Shown here piece after piece: positions 18,228-28,307 of a DNA stretch of 64,000 nt. The stretch covers positions 3,936,001 through 4,000,000 of the forward strand of contig OZ242358.1 of assembly GCA_965208835.1 (NCBI GenBank). The letters are read 5' to 3'. The notes beneath the pieces are model-generated. The model was not told the DNA's origin. It did no database searches and was given only the letters and a program-made list of their open reading frames with translations. Positions within the stretch are counted from its first letter, which is position 1. The number at the start of each line of letters is the position of its first letter. The position numbers and the translations under genes were made by a program. This stretch comes from Candidatus Latescibacterota bacterium. Its GTDB lineage: Bacteria; Latescibacterota; UBA2968; GCA-2709665.

Positions 18228-18995
18228 TCACACCGGCCGTTCCCGCCGCCGCTGCCAGGCCACGACATCCGCATAAGGCACGTCGCCGCCGAATATGTCC
18301 AGCGCACTGCCGATTGTCAGACCCACTCGCCCTCTCCCCAGCGTCTCGACGCGGTCCAGATCTTCCAGGCGCCGCGCGCCGCCCGCGTACGTCACGTCTA
18401 TCGGCGACTCGGCCCCGAGCAGTTTCACGAGCGAATCCTCTATGCCCGTTTGTTTACCCTCTACGTCCACGCCGTGCACGAGAAACCCGTCGCAGAAATC
18501 CGAGAGCCAGTTCAGCGTGGGTCCGTCCACCTCGACCCCGGTAAACCGCTGCCACAGATCGGTCACCACCAGGTAAGCGCCGTCTCGCCGCCGGCAACTC
18601 AGGTCCAGCACCAGCCGATCCCGACCAACAATGCGTACCATCCTGTCGAGCCGATCGGTATCTACACGCCCGTCTCGAAACACATACGAAGTAACGATGA
18701 CATGGCTGGCGCCGGCGTTTAGAAATCGGCGCGCGTTTTCGGGCCGGATACCGCCGCCCACCCGGAGCCCGCCAGGAAAGGCGGATAACGCTGACAGCGC
18801 GGCGGACTCATTGCCCGGCCCCAGCATGATCACGTGACCTCCCGGCAGATTGTCCGCCATGTACATCCTCGCATAGTCGGCCGCCGCCCGGTCCGTCTCA
18901 AAGTTCGTCTCCGGCGCCGCGACGCCGTGCAACGACCCGCCCACTATTTGAACCACGCGCCCGCCACGCAGATCGATACAGGGCCTGAATCTCAC
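18228..18995 (-). CDS. hisA: ProFAR isomerase, eukaryote-type (His6-like) HisA
   Basis: FRPCIDL..G.VVQIVGG, GGHVIMLG, LVLDLSCRR, HGVDVEGK and TIGSALDIFGG. Confidence 0.9.
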   Translation of the reverse strand: MRFRPCIDLRGGRVVQIVGGSLHGVAAPETNFETDRAAADYARMYMADNLPGGHVIMLGPGNESAALSALSAFPGGLRVGGGIRPENARRFLNAGASHVIVTSYVFRDGRVDTDRLDRMVRIVGRDRLVLDLSCRRRDGAYLVVTDLWQRFTGVEVDGPTLNWLSDFCDGFLVHGVDVEGKQTGIEDSLVKLLGAESPIDVTYAGGARRLEDLDRVETLGRGRVGLTIGSALDIFGGDVPYADVVAWQRRRERPV

Positions 18996-19164
18996 GGATA
19001 CTCCTAAGAAACCGGCTTAAAGTCCCGGCAGGCTTCGCGCGTCCGAAACCGCGCATGCCCCGAGCAGGTTCACGCAGAAATCGCCGACAAGGACGGATGA
19101 ACAGCCGGGATAATATAACGTACTGTACCAACCACTTCAACCCCGGCCCATCCATGGCATGAAC

Positions 19165-19192
19165 AAAAAAAACCGGAGGGTTGCGCCTCCGG
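19165..19192 (-). terminator. Intrinsic terminator downstream of the RND gene
   Basis: Minus strand CCGGAGG-CGCAAC-CCTCCGG followed by a run of 8 T. Confidence 0.8.
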
Positions 19193-19260
19193 CTCATACA
19201 TCAACCGTGGATAAGCAGCCACCCGCCGCGGAAGGAACGGGGGCCGGTCCGCCCGTGCGA

Positions 19261-22200
19261 TCAGTCGTCCGCCGGCTGTTCGCTGACGGTCCGGCGGAAA
19301 AACGCGGCTCGAACGACACCTTTCAGAAACGTCCGCAAGTCGTCCAGAAGTGTGTAGCAGATGGGCACAAGCAGCAGGGTCATAAACGTCGAAACCAGCA
19401 ACCCGCCCATCATAGTCCGTCCTAGCGGGGCATAGGGAATCCCGATCAGATTGCTATTCCCCAATGCCATTGGCAACAGGCCGAACACCGTGGTGAACGT
19501 TGTCATCAGAATGGGACGAAACCGGTTGTGTCCGGCCTCCAGAATTGCGTCTGTGCGGCTGAGGCCCTCCAGTCGCATCCGGTTGACCATATCCACCAGC
19601 ACGATGGCGTTGTTTACGACGACACCGATAAGTACGATCATGCCGATGTTGGCCATCATGTCCATTGGCGTGCCGGTCAGATAGAGCGCCCAGTACACCC
19701 CCAGGAATGAAAACGGAATGGAAAACAACACCGAGAAAGGCAGGACCACGGACTCGAACAACACACCCATCAGAAGAAAGACACAGGTAACGGCCATCAC
19801 CACCGCGAATATCGTATCGTTGTCGGACTCCCGGAACTTTGCGAACCGTTCTCCCTTGTTCCACGAATATCCCCTGGGCATTTCGAAACCGTCCATCGCC
19901 CGGTCGACTTCGGCGTACAGGCTCTTGAGATCGTCCTTTGTCGTAAACGCTTTCACCTCCAGGCGCGTCTTACCGTCTTCCCTCCGTATTCTCCCGCGCC
20001 CCGGCGTTACCTTGAAGCTGGCCAGTTCGGAAAGCGGGATCATCTCCCCCGACGCGGACCTGAACATGAAACTCTTGAGATGATGCAGCGTCTGCCGGTC
20101 CGCCTCTTCCAGGTACAGGCGCGTTTCCACCTCCCGCTCACCGGACTGGTACCGGGGCAGGCTCACGCCCTGCATGGTGAAGGCAAGCGTCCGCGCCACT
20201 ACCTGCGGAGAAATCCCGTAGCGCCTTGCCCGTTCGCGGTCGATGTGGACCTGCGCCTCGTCCGTGGAACGTTCCAGGTCCGAGTCGACGTTCACCACCG
20301 AGGGTATCGCCCGGAGCCGGCGCTCGACTTCGGTTACGAGACCCGCCAGCGCCTCGGTGTCGTCTCCGTAGAGGTACACGGAAACTGACGGGGCACCGCC
20401 CCCGCGGGCCCGGCTCTCCACGCCTATGCGCACCCCCACGTACTTGGGCATCTTCTGTTTCAAGTCCTTAATGACTTCCGTTCGTTCCATCGCATTGTCG
20501 ACCGGCACCCCCAGACCCGACCTCAGGTTCTTGTACGCGACGTACCACCACGCCTCATTGGGATCCGAATCCAGAAAGATCTCGAAATTCCCACGGGTCT
20601 TGCGGAACCACGACCGGATGGTCCTGATGCCGTACGCCTCCCGCTTGGAATCCAGGAATTCTTCCACTTCGTTCATTAATTCGAAAGTTTCATACGTCGT
20701 GAAATCACGGGGCGTTCGAATATTGATATCGATATCGTTGATATTTCCACGGGAGGCATCCGAGCGTTTTATCCTGTCGGCCGGAATCGCAATGGTTGCA
20801 AATACCGCGAGGAGGATCAATATGGCGTCCCGGCGATGGCTCAGCGCCCACTTCAGAACGCGACCGTAACGCATCCGGGCCCAGCCGATGGACTTCGAGT
20901 CCGGCTTGATGCGGCCGCCCCCGAAGCGCACCGAGGCCAGCGGAATGATCAGCAGCGCGACGAACAACGACCCCACCAGCATCACGATCACAGGAACGCC
21001 CATCCGGGAAAGATAGAACGTCATACCGACGTTGCCGGTCATCAACATCAGGGGCAGAAAGACGACGACAGTGGTCAGCGTTGCCATGGTAATCGCCATG
21101 GCGACCTCGCTGGCGCCCGAGACGGCAGCAGTTTTCGGCGTCTCGCCCTTCTCCCTCCGGCGGTAGATGTTCTCCAGAATGACGACCGCATTGTCGACAA
21201 CCATCCCCACGCCTACCATCAGACCCATCATCGTCATGAGATTCAGGGACCACCCGGAAAAATAAAGCACCGTAACCGTCATCATCGCGCACAGCGGAAT
21301 CGACAGTGTAATGATGGCCGTCATTCGGATGACACGCAGGAAGAACAGCAGGATCAGCGCGGCAAACAGCCCGCCCCAGAGTCCCGTATTTCTCAGAGTC
21401 GCGACCGACGCCCGGATGAGTTCGCCCTGGTTGAAGAATACGTTGAATTGCACTTTTCCGTCCAGGGCAGTCCCGTTCTCGATCTCGATGAGCGCCTCAG
21501 AAACGCGGTCGCAAACCGTAGCGATGTCCGCCCCGGACTCGGCCTTGATCCCCACGGAAGAAGCTGGCTGGCCGTCGATTCTCTGATACCAGCTCCGGGC
21601 CGGAATGTCGTAGACCACGTCGGCGACTTCACGCAATCTGACGCCGCCCTGCCGGGTACCGACGGGAATATTGCCGACCTCCTCGAGACTGCGGTACCGG
21701 GCGAGCGAACGGACGTAGAATTTCTTCGTCCCCTCGTTCACATAGCCGCTCTTTAGCGCGAAATTGTCACTTTGCAGCCTTTGAACCATGTCGTAGACAT
21801 TCACGCCCCTCGCGACCAGTTTCTCACGGTCGATTTCGATCATCACCTCTTTCGGGTCCGCACCCCAGAGTTCCACCCTTGCCACGCCTTCGATGCGTTC
21901 CAGAGGTCGTTGCACATGGGTTTCCAGGTAACGGTACACGTCTACGATCGAGGAGTCGAGGGCCGCGCCTACCCACATGATATTCCAGCCTTCGTCGTTG
22001 TACTTCCACACGAATATCCGATCCCGGACCTCCTCCGGAAGTTCCGGTTTGAGACGATCCAGTTGATCACGCAACTGGTTGTACGCCAGGGTCATGTCGG
22101 CATCCTGCTGAAACCGGAGGGGCGCGCCGACGCCCCGGCTGTCCGTGTACGTCCGGACCCGCTCGATTCCCTTTATCGTTCGCAGGCGCTCCTCCAGGGG

Positions 22201-22419
22201 GCGCGTTATCTGTTGTTCAACCTCCTGAGGCGTGGCGGTCGAACCGGGATACCGGACGCTCAACCAAAGAAACGGCGGCTCGAATCCCGCCGGCATCATC
22301 TTTACCGCGATCCGGGAATAGCCCACGGCGCCCATCACGAGCAACGCCAACAGGCACACCGCTATCGTCACGGGTCTATTGACGGAGATACGCGTTAGAA
22401 GGGAAGATCGATTGTTCAT
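19261..22419 (-). CDS. RND efflux transporter permease (AcrB/AcrD/AcrF family)
   Basis: 1052 aa; GMVVDNAVVILENI, VVNNAIVLVD and RFRPILMTT motifs; two large periplasmic loops. Confidence 0.93.
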   Translation of the reverse strand: MNNRSSLLTRISVNRPVTIAVCLLALLVMGAVGYSRIAVKMMPAGFEPPFLWLSVRYPGSTATPQEVEQQITRPLEERLRTIKGIERVRTYTDSRGVGAPLRFQQDADMTLAYNQLRDQLDRLKPELPEEVRDRIFVWKYNDEGWNIMWVGAALDSSIVDVYRYLETHVQRPLERIEGVARVELWGADPKEVMIEIDREKLVARGVNVYDMVQRLQSDNFALKSGYVNEGTKKFYVRSLARYRSLEEVGNIPVGTRQGGVRLREVADVVYDIPARSWYQRIDGQPASSVGIKAESGADIATVCDRVSEALIEIENGTALDGKVQFNVFFNQGELIRASVATLRNTGLWGGLFAALILLFFLRVIRMTAIITLSIPLCAMMTVTVLYFSGWSLNLMTMMGLMVGVGMVVDNAVVILENIYRRREKGETPKTAAVSGASEVAMAITMATLTTVVVFLPLMLMTGNVGMTFYLSRMGVPVIVMLVGSLFVALLIIPLASVRFGGGRIKPDSKSIGWARMRYGRVLKWALSHRRDAILILLAVFATIAIPADRIKRSDASRGNINDIDINIRTPRDFTTYETFELMNEVEEFLDSKREAYGIRTIRSWFRKTRGNFEIFLDSDPNEAWWYVAYKNLRSGLGVPVDNAMERTEVIKDLKQKMPKYVGVRIGVESRARGGGAPSVSVYLYGDDTEALAGLVTEVERRLRAIPSVVNVDSDLERSTDEAQVHIDRERARRYGISPQVVARTLAFTMQGVSLPRYQSGEREVETRLYLEEADRQTLHHLKSFMFRSASGEMIPLSELASFKVTPGRGRIRREDGKTRLEVKAFTTKDDLKSLYAEVDRAMDGFEMPRGYSWNKGERFAKFRESDNDTIFAVVMAVTCVFLLMGVLFESVVLPFSVLFSIPFSFLGVYWALYLTGTPMDMMANIGMIVLIGVVVNNAIVLVDMVNRMRLEGLSRTDAILEAGHNRFRPILMTTFTTVFGLLPMALGNSNLIGIPYAPLGRTMMGGLLVSTFMTLLLVPICYTLLDDLRTFLKGVVRAAFFRRTVSEQPADD

Positions 22420-22475
22420 AGCGACGATGATCCGTTTGTCTCAGGTTGTCAGCCCGGCCTCCGGCGGCTTGCCCT

Positions 22476-22598
22476 GCCCTGAGACGCTCCCTGAGCTTGT
22501 CGAAGGGTCGGCGAAGGGCTATCGGATACCTGAGATCGGCGCACCCAAAAGCTCGCGAAGAGTTACAAAAAGCGGGCATTTCGACAAGCTCAATGACC
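22476..22598. repeat. REP-like palindromic element (CCCTTCGACAAGCTCAG type), copy 1
   Basis: GCCCTGAGACGCTCCCTGAGCTTGTCGAAGGGTCGGCGAAGGG...GCGGGCATTTCGACAAGCTCAATGACC; a copy with near-identical arms lies inverted at 42554-42654. Confidence 0.8.
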
Positions 22599-22877
22599 AC
22601 GCGTCGACACGGAGTTTCGACCGACTCCGCTTGTAAAAAGAACCCCTCGCAACAGGACTGGATGAAACGGTCGAATGAAAGGCGACATATCTCCCAGATG
22701 GAACATGGAGCAAAATTGCGGGCCCTTCGCGTAATGGCGACTGATACATGCCATATCCTTTTGACGCATCAACCCCCGAAATGATTCATACCTGCTGTTA
22801 GTTGCGCAGCAGCGCCGGCAGGCGTCGAGCGGGAAACGGAACAGAACGTACGGGCTGAACGGACATTTGTCCGGAGA

Positions 22878-23246
22878 CTACGTGCAAGACCTGTCCACGA
22901 TCCGCCGCAGCGCTTTTTTTCGCGCCTGTCGGCGTTTCTGTTCCATGCGCTTTTCTCTGGAGGTACGCGAAGGCCGGGTTGGTCTACGGGGTTTGACCGT
23001 GTGGTTCAGCCCAATGAGTTTTCGACGGAGACGCTGGAGGGCAAGGTCCCGGTTGCGTCCCTGGAGGCGATGTTCGGACGCAACGACCTTGATGCCGGAG
23101 GGAAGGTGTACAAGTCTGACCGCGCTTTCAACCTTATTGCGGTGCTGGCCGCCCGGTCCACTGCCGCGAAAGGGATGGAATTGCACTTCCTTGAGGAGGA
23201 CGTCAGGATTGGTGTTGTAGCGTGGCATGTCGGGATCCCTGGCCAT
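22878..23246 (-). CDS. Peptide chain release factor-like protein (ArfB/YaeJ-type)
   Basis: GSGPGGQHRNKVESAVRLVH GGQ motif with a basic C-terminal tail (RRPTRPSRTSREKRMEQKRR); start uncertain. Confidence 0.85.
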   Translation of the reverse strand: MARDPDMPRYNTNPDVLLKEVQFHPFRGSGPGGQHRNKVESAVRLVHLPSGIKVVASEHRLQGRNRDLALQRLRRKLIGLNHTVKPRRPTRPSRTSREKRMEQKRRQARKKALRRIVDRSCT

Positions 23247-23306
23247 TCTCCGTGGTCGCGGCCTCGTCGGACCGGATCGGATGCGGGATCCTGCAACCCT
23301 GTTCCA

Positions 23307-23470
23307 AGAAGCCGTTTTAAAATTACCGGTGAGTTCCCGAGCACAAGCGAAAAAGCGGCGGCCAAGGCGGGAAAACCCGCCCATATTTGTCTATACGGGT
23401 GGGTTTGACCAACGCCGACCGGCGCTTTTGCAGCCGTGCGAAGACCGCTGGGAATTTTAAGACGGCTTCT
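23307..23470. mobile_element. MITE-like element, family B, copy 1
   Basis: TIRs AGAAGCCGTTTTAAAATT / AATTTTAAGACGGCTTCT (17/18 match); near-identical copy at 37822-37986. Confidence 0.85.
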
Positions 23471-24695
23471 ATAGCAATCCGGCCCGGCGGAGGGCGTCGG
23501 CCATGACGCTTTCAGATTTGTCGTCGGACGAATTTTCCTTGATCTTGAACGCTTCGATTTCCTTAACTTCAACCGCCTTCTTTTCTTCTTCCTGAAGATC
23601 GCGTATGGAAAGTGAGATGCGTTTCTTGTCCCGGTCGATTTTCCGGATCCGGGCGCGAACTTCCTGCCCTACCGAAACGGCGTCATCCGGCCGCGCAACG
23701 CGGCTTCGGGCGAGTTGCGAGACGTGAACCAGGCCTTCCACACCCGGAACGACTTCGACAAAAGCGCCGAACTGCTGGATCGAGACGACTTTGCCGGTGA
23801 TGACCTCTCCCTCCTGCAACTTCTCCAATGCGCCGTCCCAGGGATCGGGCAGCAGGGCCTTTATGGAAAGTGAGATCCGCTCTTTGTCTCCGCCGAGGCC
23901 CTTGAGTTCGAGGATCTTCACGTTGACTTCCTCGTCCGACCGGAGTACGTCCTTCGGATGCCCGACGCGGTTGTGCGCAATTTCCGAAATGTGCACCAGA
24001 CCCTCCACGCCTCCGAGATCGACAAAGGCTCCGAACCGTTCAAGCCTGGTAATCTTCCCGCGGACTTCGGCGCCTTCGTTCAGCTTCTCGCGTAACTCAT
24101 CGGCGCGACGGGCGGCCTCGGCTTCGAGATGGGCTCGGCGTGACAGGACGATGTTGCGGCCCCGGCCCCGGAATTCGACAATTTTAAATGTAAGGGTCTG
24201 CCCGGCATAGGAGGCGAGATCCTTGCTGTAACCCGTATCGATCTGGGAAACAGGACAAAAAGCCCGTCGGCCGCCGAGATTGACGACCAGACCGCCGGAG
24301 TTGAATCCGGTTACTCGTCCGTCGACCGGTATCTTGTTTTCGTAGGCCTGGCGCAGCATCTGGATATTGCCGGTCCGCCGGGACAGGGTCAATCGAACTT
24401 CGTTCTCCACAGAGGCGACAAAGGCTTCGACGGTATCGCCGACGCTACAGGAGACCTCGCCTTGCTCGTTCTTCAATTCCTGGACGTCGATAACGGCTTC
24501 GCTTCGGCCTCCATAGTCCACAAACACGGAAGATTCATCGATCGACTGAATGTGACCCGACAGCCGCTGGCCCACGGAAAGTAAGGGGGCGGGCGCCTGA
24601 TCCGATTCACCTTCCAGCAAGGCTGCGAATTCGTCGCTGGAACGGTCTGCGACGTATTTCTCGTCCATTTCGTTCACATTCTGCGGTTCTTTCAT
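23469..24695 (-). CDS. 30S ribosomal protein S1-like protein (four S1 domains)
   Basis: Repeated S1 motifs FGAFVDLGGVEGLVHISE and FGAFVEVVPGVEGLVHVSQ, RISLSIK. Confidence 0.85.
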   Translation of the reverse strand: MKEPQNVNEMDEKYVADRSSDEFAALLEGESDQAPAPLLSVGQRLSGHIQSIDESSVFVDYGGRSEAVIDVQELKNEQGEVSCSVGDTVEAFVASVENEVRLTLSRRTGNIQMLRQAYENKIPVDGRVTGFNSGGLVVNLGGRRAFCPVSQIDTGYSKDLASYAGQTLTFKIVEFRGRGRNIVLSRRAHLEAEAARRADELREKLNEGAEVRGKITRLERFGAFVDLGGVEGLVHISEIAHNRVGHPKDVLRSDEEVNVKILELKGLGGDKERISLSIKALLPDPWDGALEKLQEGEVITGKVVSIQQFGAFVEVVPGVEGLVHVSQLARSRVARPDDAVSVGQEVRARIRKIDRDKKRISLSIRDLQEEEKKAVEVKEIEAFKIKENSSDDKSESVMADALRRAGLL

Positions 24696-25016
24696 GCGGC
24701 TTCTCTCAAGCTCCTTTTCCGGCGATGTTCGATCATTTCCCCACGCGCTCGCCGGGCGCGCGCGGCGCGGGGATCCCAGGCAGGAAACCCTCGGATCAAG
24801 ACACATTAATGTATGAGAAAATTACAAAGACGCAAGGTTTTTTTGGCAATTTCAAACTGGCGACGACGGCAGTACAACGGCGGGAACCCGGTTATGTACG
24901 GTTCTGGATTCGGAGGCATTTCGAATCTCATCGTTGATCGCGCCGGGTCGTTATGGTATATTTCCCCGGGATCAGGAGTAACGCAATAGAATGCATTCAC
25001 CGACAGGGAACGGAAG

Positions 25017-26228
25017 ATGAACGAAACAATCGAAGGTGCGCGGCAGGTTGCGCTTCGGGTATTGAAGCCTCGCAAGAAAGAGCTGGAACACGGATTGGCG
25101 TTACACGCGGAATCCATCGTGTGCGACACGTACGGATTCGCGCCCCGGGCCGCAATCGATGGAGACGCGATGGCCGCCGCCATCGAAGCCGGCGCGTCGG
25201 AGGCGGAGCTGAACGATATGAACGAAGAGATGTCGATGACCCGGTGCGCAACCGACCCTGACGAGCGCACGGAGTTTCAGGAGGCGTGGCGGTCAAGCGG
25301 CGTGACGTGCATCGTTCAGAACGCCGGAGAGGAGGGGCAGGCGCCCCTGCGACTGATCAAGCGTCTCGCGCGGTTTACATATGTGGCGGACGTCATGCGC
25401 GACTTTCTGCTGCGTGCAACCACACCCGAGGATATCGAAACAGCCGGGAGTCAGGGCAAGCAGTGTCTTTACATGAGCGGAAACGGGGTCCCCCTGTCTC
25501 AGGACTGGGTGTCCGTGGAGGAGGAACTCAGATACATCCGGATTTTCTTTCAACTGGGGATTCGGATGATGCACCTGACGTACAACCGGCGCAATATGCT
25601 GGGAGACGGGTGCGCCGAGCCGGCCAACGCGGGGCTGAGCGATTTCGGGAGATCCGTGGTCGCCGAAATGAACCGTGTGGGCGTGATCGTGGACGTGGCG
25701 CACGCGGGCTGGCAGACCAGCCTTGAGGCGGCCAGGGCGTCCGCGGTCCCGATGGTGGCAAGCCACTCGGGCTGCTGTTCCGTGAACGAACACGTCCGAT
25801 GCAAACCGGACAACGTGATCCGGGCGATTGCGGATACGGGCGGTTACGTGGGCATCTGCTGCATTCCGGCATTCCTGGGTCGAAGCGGAGACATACAGGC
25901 GCTGCTGGACCATGTCGACTATATGGTCAGGACGTTCGGGGCCGATCATGTGACGATCGGTACGGATACGGCGTACGCATCGCGCGCTGCCGCCGCTGAA
26001 AGGAGTAAGGCGCCGCGTTCACGGGGGCGTCCTCGGTGGGCATACTTCTGGCCGCCGGATGCGTTTGGCGACCGCTGGCGGCAGGATCACATGGTGAAGA
26101 GTCTGGCGTGGACGAACTGGCCGCTCTTTACAGTAGGGATGGTCCAACGCGGACATTCGGATGCCGACATCCGCAAGATCCTTGGCGGCAACATGCTCCG
26201 CGTGGCGGGTGCCGCTCTGGCGGGATGA
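25017..26228 (+). CDS. Membrane dipeptidase family (peptidase M19) protein
   Basis: GIRMMHLTYNRRN, GLSDFGRSVVAEMNRVGVIVDVAH, ASHS and HVTIGTD motifs. Confidence 0.85.
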   Translation: MNETIEGARQVALRVLKPRKKELEHGLALHAESIVCDTYGFAPRAAIDGDAMAAAIEAGASEAELNDMNEEMSMTRCATDPDERTEFQEAWRSSGVTCIVQNAGEEGQAPLRLIKRLARFTYVADVMRDFLLRATTPEDIETAGSQGKQCLYMSGNGVPLSQDWVSVEEELRYIRIFFQLGIRMMHLTYNRRNMLGDGCAEPANAGLSDFGRSVVAEMNRVGVIVDVAHAGWQTSLEAARASAVPMVASHSGCCSVNEHVRCKPDNVIRAIADTGGYVGICCIPAFLGRSGDIQALLDHVDYMVRTFGADHVTIGTDTAYASRAAAAERSKAPRSRGRPRWAYFWPPDAFGDRWRQDHMVKSLAWTNWPLFTVGMVQRGHSDADIRKILGGNMLRVAGAALAG

Positions 26229-26475
26229 ACGCGGTGGGTTGATTTCCGGCAGGGCCGGTTCGCATTCATTAGCCCCAATTCGAGAAAAGCGGCAACCGGG
26301 CGTCTTGGAAAAACCTTCGAAACGGAGCGTAAACGTCGTCCGGAAGGACATTTTTTCGTTCACGTCCAGTGACCGGGTGTATCCTGGTAATCCGCAGTTT
26401 AGTCGCCTTCATCAACTTGCATGTACTCGATTTAACGTCCACGAAAACATAAGAATCATGGTTAAAGGATGCTCC

Positions 26476-27726
26476 ATGACTGGAATTCTCAATCTGATGC
26501 TGTCTTTCGTGTTTTTCACCTTTGCGTCCCTGCTTCCGGCGCATGGACAGAGTCCGAGGCTGATATGGCAGCCCGAGGGACCCGTTTCGCAATGGTCGAC
26601 AGGTCCGCTCACGGCGGATTTCGACAATGACGGCGTTGTTGGGTTTTCGGATTTTCTGTTGTTCGCCAGCAGTTTCAACTCCCGGGATGGCGAGCCGGCG
26701 TACGACGCCAGGATGGACCTGAACGACGACGGAGCTATCGATTTTTCCGATTTCGTTTCTTTCAGCGCCGCTTACGGAAGGCCTTCCGACGACGCATTCT
26801 CCAACCGATACGTCATCTACGCGCTCGACCCGTTGCTGGGAGGGATGGCGGTTATCGACTCGGACTCGCATCTGCTTTCGGAATACCTCAGGTTTCGAGG
26901 TCCGACAGGTATGGCGGTCTCGGCGGACGAACGGACAATCTACGTCTCGGAAGGATTCGGTCTCTTTGCAATTGATGAAAATCACGAAGCGCTGTTTTCG
27001 ATCCCTACGGAATCGCAGGGTCGCGTAGTCCTTAGCCCGGACGAGCGGATCGCATTTGTCACCGAGGAACGGCACGACCGACTGGTGGTCCTGGACCTGG
27101 TGGCACGTGTTCCCGCAGATACGATCTCGGTAGGCGAAAGGCCGATCGACGTGGCGATTACACCGGATGGCAGGAAGCTCTACGTGGCGAACGCCGACAG
27201 CCGCGACATCTCGGTCATCGACGTGGAACGCGGGGAGGTCACGGCCGCCATCATTATCGGCGGGGTTCCAGGTGAGATCGGCATCACGAAGGACGGCGCG
27301 CGAGCGTACGTGACCAACGTCGACCGAGGTGTCGTCTCCGTGCTGGATCTAAGTTCGGATCAGGTTGTAAGCGGCCTTCAGTTGAGTGGAGATTCTGCGC
27401 GTGGACTGGCGTTTTCACCAGACGGCGAGACGCTCTACGTGGCTTCGACGGGGACACGCTCCGGCGGGTTTCTCGTAACCGTTGACGTACAACGCAATCT
27501 GATATCCCAGCGTCTCCGCGTCGGGGATGCCGCGTCCACGATCGGCGTTGCTCCGGATGGCGCCCGCATCTACATCGGTACGCTTGTACTGGACGGCGGC
27601 GGACCTGGGCTGAGCGCCATCGACCTGAAGGACGGGCGCGTCATGGGCCGGTTGCTGGGCATCGACTTCATCGCGCAGTTTGCCTTCCGCACCCTTTCTC
27701 GGAGTCAATCCGTCCGCGAAAATTGA
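26476..27726 (+). CDS. Secreted dockerin/EF-hand-like plus YVTN beta-propeller protein
   Basis: Signal peptide, ADFDNDGVVGFSDF and DLNDDGAIDFSDF Ca-binding loops, then YVTN repeats (TPDGRKLYVAN, RAYVTN). Confidence 0.8.
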   Translation: MTGILNLMLSFVFFTFASLLPAHGQSPRLIWQPEGPVSQWSTGPLTADFDNDGVVGFSDFLLFASSFNSRDGEPAYDARMDLNDDGAIDFSDFVSFSAAYGRPSDDAFSNRYVIYALDPLLGGMAVIDSDSHLLSEYLRFRGPTGMAVSADERTIYVSEGFGLFAIDENHEALFSIPTESQGRVVLSPDERIAFVTEERHDRLVVLDLVARVPADTISVGERPIDVAITPDGRKLYVANADSRDISVIDVERGEVTAAIIIGGVPGEIGITKDGARAYVTNVDRGVVSVLDLSSDQVVSGLQLSGDSARGLAFSPDGETLYVASTGTRSGGFLVTVDVQRNLISQRLRVGDAASTIGVAPDGARIYIGTLVLDGGGPGLSAIDLKDGRVMGRLLGIDFIAQFAFRTLSRSQSVREN

Positions 27727-27773
27727 CCCTCCGCGGACCCCCGCCGCACCACCGTCGCCAGGTCGCCCAATCC

Positions 27774-28307
27774 TCAGTCGATCTTCTTGATGATTCGGAT
27801 CTTGACCCGCGCAACCCCCTCCTCCACCATTTCCAGACGACGCGCCGCACCCAGGGAAAGGTCCAGAATCCGGCCTTCTATAAAGGGTCCCCGGTCGTTG
27901 ACCTTCACCTTGACGCTCCGTCCGTTTCCGAGATGGGTAACATGGATGACGGTACCGAGCGGCAGCTCCCGATGGGCCGCGGTGAGACCGTACATATCGA
28001 AGATTTCACCGCTGGCGGTGGGACGGCCGTGAAACTTATGCGCGTAGTACGAGGCAAGGCCGACCTGAAAGGCGTCTTTGGTGGAGATAACGGGAGAATC
28101 AGCGGTCGTCTTTTCGGAGTCGGTCCCGGGGGGCGAGGTACGATACCTCGGCCGGGAAAAACAGCCTGAAGTAAGGCCGATTGCAAAAATCAGGAGAATG
28201 TGAATTGCAACGCGGTCAGTTCCGCGGCCCGGTTTCAAACGAACCCACGAGGTCCGATATGCTCCCGATCCCGTGGCTCCGGCAGTATTCGGCAATGCCA
28301 TCGACAA
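27774..28307 (-). CDS. rlpA: Septal ring lytic transglycosylase RlpA family lipoprotein
   Basis: Lipobox LTSGC, GLASYY..KFHGRPTASGE, TAAHRELP and VNDRGPF; the true start is probably near 28215. Confidence 0.9.
   Translation of the reverse strand: MSMALPNTAGATGSGAYRTSWVRLKPGRGTDRVAIHILLIFAIGLTSGCFSRPRYRTSPPGTDSEKTTADSPVISTKDAFQVGLASYYAHKFHGRPTASGEIFDMYGLTAAHRELPLGTVIHVTHLGNGRSVKVKVNDRGPFIEGRILDLSLGAARRLEMVEEGVARVKIRIIKKID

Noticed and set aside
23006-23572. ORFs sharing the peptide SRLKIPSGLRTAAKAPVGVGQTHPY (also 37759-38115)
   Set aside because: The similarity comes from translating the MITE family B copies, not from a protein family.
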